A DNA stretch of 64,000 bases from Craspedostauros australis (Eukaryota): NCBI GenBank assembly GCA_030167865.1, contig JALAGF010004276.1:1-64000 (forward strand), in the 5' to 3' direction. Shown piece by piece: positions 1 through 11,829 of the stretch (its first letter is position 1; every line of letters begins with the position of its first letter). The notes under the pieces were generated by a model. That model ran no database searches and was not told the DNA's origin. It worked only from the letters and a program-made list of their open reading frames with translations. Position numbers and translations under genes: made by a program.

Positions 1-168
1 TTGTCCGATACAACATACATGGTCCGTTATCACAGTAAGAACACAGATGGAGTTACTGTAAATGGTATATTCTAACTATATCAAGTATACCATGTTCACC
101 GAACCAAGGTGTTGTCCAACTTTACGCATCTGGAGATGCAGTGTGACAAGGCGCAGCAGCCGCCGTGA

Positions 169-1620
169 TCAAGCAAATAGAAGGAGATACCCAATCGATT
201 GAGCGGCTACAACAGCGCTCAGCTGGACCACTGGCGATGCGGATGGAGGGGCGGTTGCGTTTCCAGAAGGTAAACCGACCTCCAGCAATTCGGTTGTATT
301 GATACCGTTGTTCACCATCTTTTCGAACACGTTGCGGAAGTCCTCCAACCACAGAGCTCCGTTGCTCGCGTATTCGGCAAGCTTGGCACTGGTGCTCGCG
401 CTGGAGCAGTTAGAAGTGCCGAGGTTTGCGTTGGTGCCGGCGAAGTTGCAGGTCACGAAGCCATCGGCATCCATGGACCCAGCGAAGTCGTACGCCAGTG
501 CAAGATCGGCATTGAGGAAGAAGTCGTCATCGCCTCCACCGTTACGTTCCCAGATGGCATTGCCATTGGCAGCAACTTCGATGTCAAAGTTTCCGTCGAG
601 TACACGGCGCAAGAATTCATTGTCCAATGTTGTTTCATCCTGCACCCATTCACCGTCCACCAAACCGGAGTTTTCCTCGTTGAGCTCTCCGCTGCGTTGA
701 TGGTCGAATGGATAGATGGAAGCATGGGCGCACATGTACATGCACACAGTGTTGGATTGAGAGATGATGCGAGAACAATGGTGAGCGAGGTTGTTTGCGC
801 TTGCATACTGTGTATCTCATTCGACAATCGCAACCACAGCCGCAGCCGCAGCACACCCTCACGCGAAGGCAGCACCTCAAACTTACAGCGTATGTGCGCC
901 CATGATTGCTACAGTCTCGTCAGCGTCGAAGTTGAAGTGCTGCCGGAAGTATTCGAGCAGTTGTTCGGTGGTGAGGTTCACTCCTGGCAGCTCTCGTTCT
1001 GGACCGGCTGTCTCGCTGAAGCCAGCAGCGTCGCATGTCGGTCGACCGTACACCTCGAAACGGTAGTCGAACTTGGTTCTGGGTTGCATCGTTTCCGCGG
1101 CCGTCATCCCAGCCACCGCCCACACATCGGTACGGGTGAGGTATTGAGAATACTTTGTCACAAATGGGCGGAGAGCCTCGATTGGGGCTAGCAATCCATT
1201 GTTGTCTTGGTTGTTTAGGTTGATGCACCCGTCACACATGTCGACGCAGTCATGGAAGATGAGACGGACCAGCTGCGGTCCAAGACGCTCGCTGCTTCGG
1301 ACCATCTCACCGACTTCGTATCGAAGCGAGTCGACTGCGTCCCTTGGGGCGTCGAAGTCCAGCGGGGTGCCATCGTCGCCAGTGGCTCGGCTGGATGCAT
1401 CGCCGTCAGTGCTCTGGGAATCGGAACTTCCACGTCTTCTACTACGGTGCAAAGCACGGCCACCATGAACGGATCCGTCGTTCACATGCATGGCATCGTC
1501 TGCGCACGGTGCGGCAGCATCCGTGTCATGAGGGTTGTCGCCGCCTGTGGTGTATCCGAGGTATGGGCATGCGTGTGCGACGGCAATGGTTGCGAGGAAA
1601 GTTGCGAGGCTGATCTTCAT
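169..1620 (-). CDS. Secreted non-animal heme peroxidase (peroxidase-catalase superfamily), possibly GPI-anchored; 2 exons (1620-887, 691-169)
   Basis: Signal peptide MKISLATFLATIAVAHA. Distal motif LVRLIFHDC...GCDGC-like (MCDGC). The proximal GAHTLG motif is rebuilt across a GTAAGT...CAG intron (886-692). C-terminal FRNVFEKM helix and a hydrophobic tail. Confidence 0.85.
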
Positions 1621-2650
1621 CTTGGATTTAGGTAGTTTGTGTGCGTGTTTGCTTTTGCTTTGGATGTTTGTTTGCCTGTGTGCTCGTTGGTTTGATTTGC
1701 TTTTGATTTTGCAAATGATTGGTTTTGTGAGATGAGACTGTGATCGAGATGCCCTCATCGGAATCAATCAGTGTCTCGCGCAGGATGATGGGCCGCATCT
1801 CGACGTCTTGTGTACGAACTGTGTAATCACTTATGCACATGAGCATACCTGTGAGATGTCGCAGGAAGTGGAACGACTTGGCACGATCGAAGCGAAAGCG
1901 TTGAGTTTCGTTGTCTCGCTGTTGTGCGAGTAGCGTGATCGATGATACAAGTACGAATATGTCCAAGTCTCAGTACTCCTGTTCGTACTCCTGTTCGTAG
2001 CCGTAGTCGTAGAACATGAACCAAAATCCACACGATCCCCAGCCTTGCACAAACGTCGCTATCGAAGAAAGTGCCGACATCCAGTCGCAGTTGCGATTCA
2101 TGTGATGAGATGGTAGAACTTGAGGCGCAGTCCAATGAAGAACAACGCAGATGTTGGAGGAATTGGGGCTTTGCTTCCGCAACGCAAACAAAAAGCGTGT
2201 CTGGCCTTCGCCTACAGCAACGCCTGCATTGCATGTGTCGACTTCACCTGTTGCCCAAACGTGATGAGGATTGAAATTCTGACACGATTCCGCATGTTGC
2301 TGGTCACGTTAAATTGAGAAACCACATGAATCGTACCAAAAGTGGCCGAAGAGAAGAATGCGCCTTTTTCAGTCGTGTTCAGTCTCTCCGCGTCGCGTTC
2401 TCTTGTGAACAGGCTCTAGATTAGTCTACCTATCCATCAGTCTACCAACGGCAGCACCAACACAAACAGTTGCATCTCTTCATGTGTTCACGTCTTCATC
2501 TCCATCGTGTGTATTATACGAGAATCTAGAGCCAAGCTCTGCGTGTCGCGATTAGGAGTAGAAGTAGAAGTAGGTGCGCGAAAGATACCGATGGGATTAT
2601 GGATCTACTCCCAGCGGCATGAAACATTATTAATGGCGGCGCTGAAGGCT

Positions 2651-4381
2651 TCATGATGCAAGAGTGTATCCATCGACGGATGCCTCATGCCACTGTATCT
2701 CTTCCAACAGTGCACCGACCAGGTATAACGAGCCAGTGACGAGGATCTCCATCCGCGCGCCGGTTTCCTGCTGCAGCTCCTGCCAGATCTCTTTGGAGTT
2801 CTTGTCGGATACAACGGCGCAATCGCTGTCAGCGGTTGGCCGTTCGATGTGATTCCAGAGCGAGGCCAATGTGTGCTGCCATCGATTGGTCGGCGTTTCG
2901 TCGTTGGTGATCTTGCTGCCGTCAATGGTCATTCCGTGCTTGGCGAGTATTTCCCTCGCCGTAGGAGGTGTGACGGGTGATGGCCGGTGTGCTTTGGCGG
3001 GGCAAAAGTACACCCTCTGCCAACCAATGGAGGAAAGCAGCTGCAACAATTCCAACGGATCTCTCTCGTGACTGCAGTTGAAGATGAGGATGGCCCTGCT
3101 TGTGTTGGGATGTGATGCACCGTGAACTGGCTTGCCGACTGTTTGTTCGAACCATTGCTTTGTTGCTGCCATCGATTGGATGGTGTGAGAACCATCAAGT
3201 CTCAACGTGATCCTGTCGGTTGCCTCTACGGTCTGGCAACGTGCAGGCCATGTCACCTGAGTCAACGCATCGATGAATTTTCCGTCGCTGTCATCGCGAT
3301 TTCGATTGCCGCAGCCTTCGCTACCGTTGGCTGCGGCATCTTCGCATAAATGGAGCGCCAGTTCAGCGTTGCCGTACTGGTGCTCACCTGCCAATCCAAA
3401 CACGGCTCTTGCTTTGGCCAAAAGTTGCCGCACCCGCCGACCTTGCGCATCCACCATCTTGAGGGACGCGCCTGCTCCTTCATTGCGAGCGCAGTTTCGA
3501 AACATGGACACGACATCGTCCATGTTGCTGTCCAAGCAGTAGCATGATTTGCTCGATGCGTGTCCCGTGGCATTTGGTGAGCTGATTTCCTCATCTGCAG
3601 GGGGCCTGGGCGTGACGGTGTGACCATCCTTCTTCTGTGCGAATATGCCACCCTTCTCCCACGCGATTTCTGGAAGCGTCGAGCCAAGGATGCGCGTGTG
3701 GTCGAAGTCCAGCAGCGTCACGCCACACACGGATCTTCTGTGGCCTTCGATCGTGTCCAGTATATTGGTTGCGTCGTATCGACCACCCATCCCGACCTCC
3801 AAGACGATAACATCCAGCTTTGGCTGCACCTTCGTGAAGATGTACATCGCCACCAGCGTCAGCATTCGGAAGTACCCTGGTAGCACTGGGAGACCGTCAT
3901 CGTCTGAGCTACCGGCAGCATCTTCAGCTGAGGTGCCATGTGCCTCCAATCTGCGCCGTACTGTCCAGTAGGCATCGCCGAACACCTCCTTGGACACCAG
4001 CTTCCCGTCCAGCCGGATTCGTTCGCGGATGTCCACCAAGTGCGGACTAGTAAACAGACCGGTTCTGCACGCATAGGTTCGGCGGAGGATACTCTCGCAA
4101 ATGCAGGCTGTCGAACCCTTCCCTTTCGTCCCTGTGATGTGGATGACTTTGGAAAATGGAGGTTTGGAGTCGGCGATAGTAGTGCTGGTGGTGCTGCTGC
4201 TGCCGGTACCTTGTGGAGGAGATTGGTGCAGGCTCGCGAGTCCAATTCGGTCCAGATATGTTCTCATGTCCTGCACCGTCTTCGTCCTCCGTGCCGCTGC
4301 CCTCTTAATCTCATCCTTGCCACGCGCCTGATGGGTGCCCGAGAACAGCGCGTCGACGGCTGCCTGGTAAGACTTATCCAT
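2651..4381 (-). CDS. FPGS: Folylpolyglutamate synthase (FPGS/FolC, Mur ligase family)
   Basis: IHITGTKGKGST P-loop, GLFTSPHLVDIRERIR, YFRMLTL, LEVGMGGRYDATN, DHTRILG...IAWEKGGI, WPARCQ, LDGSHT and LVTGSLYLVG. Start codon uncertain. Confidence 0.93.
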   Translation of the reverse strand: MDKSYQAAVDALFSGTHQARGKDEIKRAAARRTKTVQDMRTYLDRIGLASLHQSPPQGTGSSSTTSTTIADSKPPFSKVIHITGTKGKGSTACICESILRRTYACRTGLFTSPHLVDIRERIRLDGKLVSKEVFGDAYWTVRRRLEAHGTSAEDAAGSSDDDGLPVLPGYFRMLTLVAMYIFTKVQPKLDVIVLEVGMGGRYDATNILDTIEGHRRSVCGVTLLDFDHTRILGSTLPEIAWEKGGIFAQKKDGHTVTPRPPADEEISSPNATGHASSKSCYCLDSNMDDVVSMFRNCARNEGAGASLKMVDAQGRRVRQLLAKARAVFGLAGEHQYGNAELALHLCEDAAANGSEGCGNRNRDDSDGKFIDALTQVTWPARCQTVEATDRITLRLDGSHTIQSMAATKQWFEQTVGKPVHGASHPNTSRAILIFNCSHERDPLELLQLLSSIGWQRVYFCPAKAHRPSPVTPPTAREILAKHGMTIDGSKITNDETPTNRWQHTLASLWNHIERPTADSDCAVVSDKNSKEIWQELQQETGARMEILVTGSLYLVGALLEEIQWHEASVDGYTLAS

Positions 4382-7118
4382 GAGCAGCTCGTAGGTATGA
4401 TATCTGCGAGTGCGCGTGTCTCTCGGCTTGTGGTGCTTCGGACTAAAGAAATGGAAATGGACCAGGAAAGCTCTGATACTGCGGACCTCTGAGAAATGAT
4501 GTGAAATGTGATCCGGCGAGGCTCTGGCCACCCTCTTTGTCTGCGAGTGGCGGCGTTACGAGAGGCACATCACATCGCATCGTCCCAGACCAACTGCTTG
4601 CGCCATCGTTCTTTGTTGACATCGGTTGGCGATGATGGGCTCTTGGGTTGGCGTCAATTTACTCGAAGTAGTCGGAGATATCGCGTCAGTGAAAAACCTC
4701 ATTTCTTGGAGCCATTTGCCCATCAGCAACGTTGGCGCTAACAACGTGTTCGCGACAGAAACCGAAGCCAAGGGACCTTGAGAGACGTTGGCGGACGATC
4801 TCCGAGTATCAATACTTGTTGTCTTCGTTAGTCGAAGGGTGTGCCGTGCTGGTCCATCTCGCGAGTAGTCGTACCGCACAAAGAGGCGCTTATTGCACAC
4901 CCGCTTTGCGCCGGAGTTTTGCGAGGACGGGTACTTGTGCGGACACTGTGTGCGTGCGTACATCTATTTGTATCACTTGTTGTTTGTGCCTCGGGAGTGG
5001 ATTACACGTCGTTGCGGAGGTGATGTGTTGCGCGACAGAAACAGACGGTTCTCCGAGGAGCTCGATTGCGGTCCAACCGATTGTCAGCCGGCTTGCGATC
5101 TTCGCGCACTGCCGTTCGCCGCGTGAACGAAGCTTGCACACAAGAACGCGTAGTCGTACTCCCAAAAGGCGAGGTGCTTGTGAACATTGGTGCCAACACG
5201 CACAGTAGCTGCCTGCTCGGGAAGGACGCAAATCGCATGGTGGAGCAGGCGGGGAATGTGCGAAGTTGGAGATGATGTGTGAGTTCCTGGTGCTGGCCAG
5301 GACTTTCGATGCTGGTACCTGGGATGTGTATTCGTAGCCTGGAGAGAAAAAATGCTCCGCTCAGTTGGTATGTATTGATGTAGCGTTCGCATCTGTTGCT
5401 TCTGCTGCACATGATGCCACAATTCTGATCGCAGGAACTGTTGTGAATGGACGGCGGAAGCATTATTTAGCCGTTCATCCGTGAATCCCTTCGGGCAAAC
5501 CATCCCTCGGTCCGCTGTGGCTTTGTCCACACGCGGACCAACGAAGCCTGCAGTCACGCCACCGCAAGGAATTGGGGAAGAGAATTGCTTCCGAAGCCTT
5601 CCACCTTCGTCCTTTGGTGATCTTGCGAGCAGCGGTACTCCCCAGGCATGATCGCACAAGTACCAATAGTCAGTGCGTCATTGGCCAGGGTGCAGATGGC
5701 CGCGTGGTAGTCCCCGACGGAACGGTGGTCATCCTCGTGTCTCGCCAAGTTGGCTCACAAAGTTCTGCAGAGAAGCAGAAAAACACAGAAAATGAGGTCT
5801 CCCACTGCCAGATCGCAGCCTGCGTTTCAACTCACAAGAGAATAAGTAATTTTATCTACCACAGGAGTGTTAAAACGAGACCATGTCGTCATCGTGCGCA
5901 TTGAACCGTTACTAAGAATGGGGCACAACGGAGCAGTAGAATCCAGTCGACACAAAAGAACGGAGGCCCGTAGCGCCTTGTTGCTGCCGACTCCGTCTTT
6001 CGTTATCACACTCCCGCGCGTACTCCTTTGGTGTATTTGGTATCCCGCTCGTACTCGTGCTCGTGCTCGTGCTCGCGTTCGTCGTGTTCATCGTGTTCAT
6101 CAGGTTCGTCCTCGCCCGTCGGTAGCTCGCAGCTGGTGTGAGCGCGAATGCGGTTGCCTGTGCGCTTTGTGCTGTGTTTGTGTGTCACATTTGAGACTGC
6201 GTCCAGATGGAGGTGGCAGATGATGTATGGTACGAATGCGGCGCGGTGCAGTACGGTACGTGTGTCTCGTGTGGTGTGGTACACAACTTGCATGTGTTTG
6301 CACGAGTACCACACCATTGTCGCGGCAACACTGTGGTAAATGGTTCAGCTTTTTGGGGCTAACAGGTTACTCTTGCGGGGAATGTTTGCGACAACCACAA
6401 CCTGTTTCGAACAGCTGTTTGATTTTTCCATTGTGGGCAACAGATCAGAAAAAGCAGATGGCAATGGCGCACAGAACTGTTCCTCGGATACAATAAGGAC
6501 AACCATCAATCACAACTGACAATCATCAGCAGATTGCCAACAATAACGCTGCAACACCGCCACTTTTTGCTTTCAAAACCAAACTTCGTGCTCGTTGTAG
6601 AGACAGAGGCTGTCAGGACCGCAGCATACGATCATCGGCGATTTCAGTACCAGGCTGTGACGTTGGTGGACTCGAAGTGACTCGGAGTGACTAGCGGTGG
6701 TCGACAACAGACAAGTGAGCCAACAACATCGCAGGCAACGAGCAGTGGAAAGCAACCATACAAGCAATAGCCCAACTGATCCAAACAATTCGAAGAGCCC
6801 AGCATTGGCCAAGGAGCCGAGCAATACGGCCAAAAGACGCAAGCAGAGCGCATATCAGTCTTCCTCGGCGTATGCGCCTGCAAAGAGTGAATCAAGAACG
6901 CGCCTGGACCAAGCATCTACAATAGCAACAAACACGACCGAACACGCACACATCCGAAAGTGCACAAGCCAAGGAACTAAGAGCGAAGAGCGAAGAGCAA
7001 AGCACACAGACCAAAGATCGCACCAACCATACTGGTACGCCGCAGTGAAGATACTGAGTTGTGCAGGTGGATTGCCAAGCAACGGGCGTCCCAAAGTGTG
7101 ACAAGTACAGGCACGAAC

Positions 7119-10010
7119 ATGAAGGCACCATCAGGAGACTCGGATCGAGGCTCCCCGCAGAGGCCGACAAGAGCACAACACTGCCACGATGAAGGCGAGA
7201 ATGACAGTCCTGGTGTGATCAGTGGTCACATCCAACAGCTGGATAACCTTCTAAATGCTATGAGCGACAACGAAAGGGAGTCGTACGAGCAAGCATGTGC
7301 CAACAACGCTGCTTTGAGGACTGATCTACGAATGCGGATGAAGTTCCTGCGAGCGGAAGACTTCCAGTACGGGCTTGCGGCCCATCGTCTGACGCAGTAC
7401 TTCGACACCATCAAGGAGCTGTTTGGTGCTGAATGTTTGGGAGAGGAGATAGCGCTATCCAATCTTTCCCAGCAGGACCAAGAAGCGCTGTGCTCGGGTG
7501 CGCTGCAAGTACTCCCGCAGCCAGATCATCTTGGCAGGACAGTCGTATTCTTCCACGAAACTGCCAGCATGCACACAAACCGAGAGAGTATGGTAAGTGT
7601 GGTCGCATTGACCTGGATGCCATCTTGTTTGCACAAATATGACCAAGCCCAGATGCCGGAGTCATTCCATGCTACTCCTGCTGTGATCCATCGACACACG
7701 ACCATGCATGGGTGATGTTATGCATGACACTGCATCTGCGTTTGCATCCGCACATGCAGATGCGTCTGTGCATCAGGCTGCGGATGTGCTTGCACGTGAA
7801 TCTGCACAATCATTTGCTCCTGTTCCATTTTCATTTCCACAAGTTGATCCATGTGCATGTACATGTGCATACGTACATGCACATGAGCGTATGTGAGAGG
7901 GACGAGAAAGCACCACCTGAATGGCTTTGGGGGTTGGTCTCGCAACTTCGCGCTGCACTGTAATTCCAACATCTTGAGCATGATCTGACACTTTGCAACT
8001 TTGCCCTTCCACTTCCACCTTGCACTTTGGCACTTGCGACGATGACGAATCTACTTTCTCACGATGCGTATGACACGACCGCGACGTTGCGGCAACTTCA
8101 CAAACGACCAGATGCGCGCTGCATTCTACGTGCTGGATGTGATCTCAAGAGATGCAAGTCTTCAGCGCGATGGTATTGTGCGTGTGCGATACGATGTCGG
8201 AACACAAGTATCGAATCGCTTCGACCTTGATCTGTTCCTCAAGATGGAGAAATTTTTCAGGTTTGCCGCTCCTGTGAAGGTGCGAGAGCTTCATCTCATC
8301 CACGGTGAGCTGATGTCGCTTGACGCGATGGCATTTCTATACGAATCAGTACTCTCCGATGCTGCCAAGGCGACGCTACGCGTCCATCTCAGTAAGTACG
8401 AGCATCGATGCGAGCAACAATGAATGGCTTTTCGCAACAGCTTTCAATCTTGGGACTTTGCCACTCTCCTGACATGTGCTGACCTGACAGCTACTGACAA
8501 TCGTTGCCTTGTCCTCGATTCGCACTTCTCCCCTGCCATCTGTTACCGCCACACGTCACACACTGCGATGGCCACGCGTTGGACTACATTATGGCATGCA
8601 CCATCAACCTCCGCCGAATGCATCATTTCCTTCTTACTAGACTCCAACGCTGATTTTGCATCCCGGTTGGAAACCTTCGGTGTCCCACCAACAGCACTTC
8701 CGGTCGATATGGCGGGTAGACTCAGAGTTGAAAATCATGTAGCATGGATAGCTATCAGGCGTGCAACTGAAATCAGCAATGCTCCCGAAACGCAGCTGGC
8801 ATATTCCATGCAATTTGGTCAGCAGCAGCAGCCTCGGTTCTTCGCGCAACCGATGGATGTCGAACCCATCGCACGCCAGGTCTATCAACCTTCAGCCACA
8901 GCAACAGCTGTTGCGACTGATGTGCCGGCCACGTTGGTGTCAGCCAATACGCATCCAAGGTTGGGAAGGAGTACCATGCTGTCATCATTCATCTCCGCAG
9001 ACCATGCTTTGCCCGCTTCTGTTGTTGCCGGGCCGGTGGATCCGGGCTTCCGTCAAGGCAGCGACGATGGAAGTTCGAATAGAACTCAGCCCGGTGTTGT
9101 CCCGCTCTCTTGGATGTCAGACGATATGGCATTGTCGGCATACCAATCAACTCTGCGCCGGCAAATTGAAGCCTTTGCGGCCACGACCACCGATGTCCAG
9201 TTCAATGCATCCCGCACAGCCAGAGCAATCCTGGAAGGTCAGGTCGGGCTGAGATGCCGGCATTGCTCGCACCTCCCAGAATACAGACGAGCTGCTGGGG
9301 CTGTCTACTATCCCGGTACGTACAAAAGTGCTCTGAAGTCTTGATCAACTGCGTCTTCCTGCGCTCTTCTATTGCATACTACCTACGAGTACATTTTGTG
9401 CCATCAGCATGATTTGCAACGGCCGAGCTGAAGTACCATGCGACGGCAGATGCATTCTACTTGTATTGAAACATGCACACGGACACGCGCGTGCGTGGTA
9501 CCGTGGTATTTCATGCTGATGGGAAGACGTCATGCCTGTCTAAAATGTGGTGGCTCAATTCTGCGCATCATTTCCTCACAAATCGATCACCTTGGAATGC
9601 ACACCCCTCCTCAACAATTCACTGACCATATCCAACCGGACGAATACATTGCGGCAATACCCAACTTCATCCTCATTCTGATTGCAATGGGACTCCGATA
9701 CAAATATCGATGGCGCGAAAAACACCAATGCTACGTACGCATGACAGGATCACTGGACATGCTGTACCAGGCAGCTCAGAATCTTGCCAAGAATCATCTC
9801 TGTGGCGGTTGCCACGAGATCCGCACCGATGTCCAAGATCTCTTGATACGATTGAGGGACGATAAGCGGCGGGCATCGTCGGGGAAGGAGTATTGGAAGA
9901 GGACAGCGAAGTGCCGTGGGATCACGGAAGCAAACGGGCGGTTGTGGTTTGAAAAGGTGGTCGAACCTCCACGCGATGATACCACGCTATCACAGTCGGA
10001 AAACACATAG
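7119..10010 (+). CDS. CRAL-TRIO-like N-terminal domain plus C-terminal Cys/His-motif (RCRHC) domain; 4 exons (7119-7592, 8112-8391, 8641-9315, 9748-10010)
   Basis: MKFLRAEDF...AAHRLTQYF...LFG and QVLPQPDHLGRTV match the diatom CRAL-TRIO-like family. C-terminal GQVGLRCRHC...AVYYPG...YQAAQN...GKEYW. All three GT-AG introns keep the frame. Confidence 0.75.
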
Positions 10011-10049
10011 TTGGCACAACGAGTACATAGTTGGCACAACGAGTACATA
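10005..10049. repeat. 20-bp tandem repeat (ACATAGTTGGCACAACGAGT x2+) overlapping the stop codon
   Basis: Exact direct duplication visible in the sequence. Confidence 0.85.
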
Positions 10050-11829
10050 AACAGCACAGCAAAGGTGTCGTTGTTCCTCCGTCACATCATATGACATCAT
10101 ATCATGCTCCATCGCGTCACGCCACGTTGTATGATGATGCCTTGTTCCGCCTGACCTCAGCTCATGTTGCCGTAGGCGATCCACATCCGCAAGGAGAAGA
10201 GAGACTTTCTCCGACTTGTTCATGCAGACACCGCTGCTGCTCTGGGCAAAGATCATGGGGGATTGCAACCATCAATTGGGCATGAGGAACACCTGACGAG
10301 ATAAAGATATAGCCCTTGTAAGAGCGGTCTTGAACGTTCATTGGCTGCTACATCGCCATGCTCGTGGCTGGTATATCAGCAACGCACACGGGCGAAAGAA
10401 AGCCACGGAGACGGACCCGGCTCCTGAGGGAGCCACGATTCGAACAGCGATGGTGGCAGGGATTGTGAAGGAGGGGTCTCATTTCTGGACTGGCCGAAAT
10501 GAATTTGCGGGGTTGGGGGAGTGGAGAACTATTTCTGAGGTCGCCAATCCCTCACCATCGCATTTGAACTCCGTTGTACGGGTATGGTACAGATGAGTGC
10601 GGATCGCCTTTCCTTCGACTGTTTCATCAGGACTCACGTTCATAACTTTTCCCTCCTTCGCGGGCAACCCTTCGCAGGTCTTTCGATCCGTCGTCGTCTC
10701 GACGGAGGCGCACAAGGTTGTGTTTCGGTGCTGTGGGCCATGTCGGAGTGCCGTCCCCATGGCGGCCAAAACTTCGTCCCAGATCCCACTCTTTGGCAGA
10801 TGTCTCGCGCCATCCTGGCACGTTCTTCCAATTCAGTTCTCTTCCTTCTTTTTTCCATTCATGCACGTGCTCGTACTCTCCTCTACTTCGATCTGCTGTG
10901 ATTTTCTCTGCTTTGGGAATCGTCAGCAGCCTCGCCCATCCGCGACTTTCGTGCCTTTCCTTGCACGTCGAACAGAGATCGCACAACGAGGTCGGTGCGG
11001 AGCAGAGTGCCGTCGTCGACTCTTTTTTTGCACCGTTTTTTGTTGCCACAGAAATCGTAAAAGCCGAAGCGGGACCAGAAAGACGTCGCCGATCTCACAA
11101 AGCAAATTGTGACACGATTCATCTCACGTTCAAAGGAGTTCTGTGGAAAGTTCGCCTATTCTTGCTTGGGGATTCTGTTGGGGATGCAGCTGTCGTTGTT
11201 GTGAAGTTCCTCGGGCGTTTTGCGGTACCAACGCGCACCCAGGCTCTGTATAGTCATTTTAGTCGAGCGTTGGAAACAATCGAATTGATCGATCCGAGAA
11301 TCCGGAAAAATGAAATTCAAAGTTCTATTTTCGTGACATCGACATGTTCAAATGTTCGCAACTGTCGTTTCTCCGTGTTGGCTGCGTTGGTGGGAAGCAG
11401 TGCCTCCAGGTTCCTCACGAAGATCCTCACTCGCGCCCACACTCGCACAGCTCGTACGCGTGCGTCCTATGGTGCCATACTCGCCCATGCCCGACGTCTC
11501 GCCGTTTCTCTGCCTATTAGTACACACTCTCGCACGCCACCCTTCCTTCTTGGCTTTTCGTCGACTTCCCAACTCATAGTCGCACTGTTGATGTCGGAGT
11601 TGGCGTTGCGGTCGGTGTCATTGTGTTTCCAGAAATCGATTCCATCCAACGTCGACGACTCATACGCGCAGCCACACCACGGGCGCTCTCCTCTTTGGGT
11701 GCATCGTGAATTGCTGGACGCAGCATGGTTCAGACCGGAGGGAAGGGAACAACAGGAGCAACAGAAACGACCAAGACCACAGCGTTCAATCAACTCACGG
11801 ACGTTTGCATTTGCGCTGGATTGGACAGC

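Noticed and set aside
4556-5904. Overlapping 100-190 aa ORFs upstream of FPGS, possibly a decayed gene
   Set aside because: No recognisable motif and no consistent splice model; a tblastx search would be needed.
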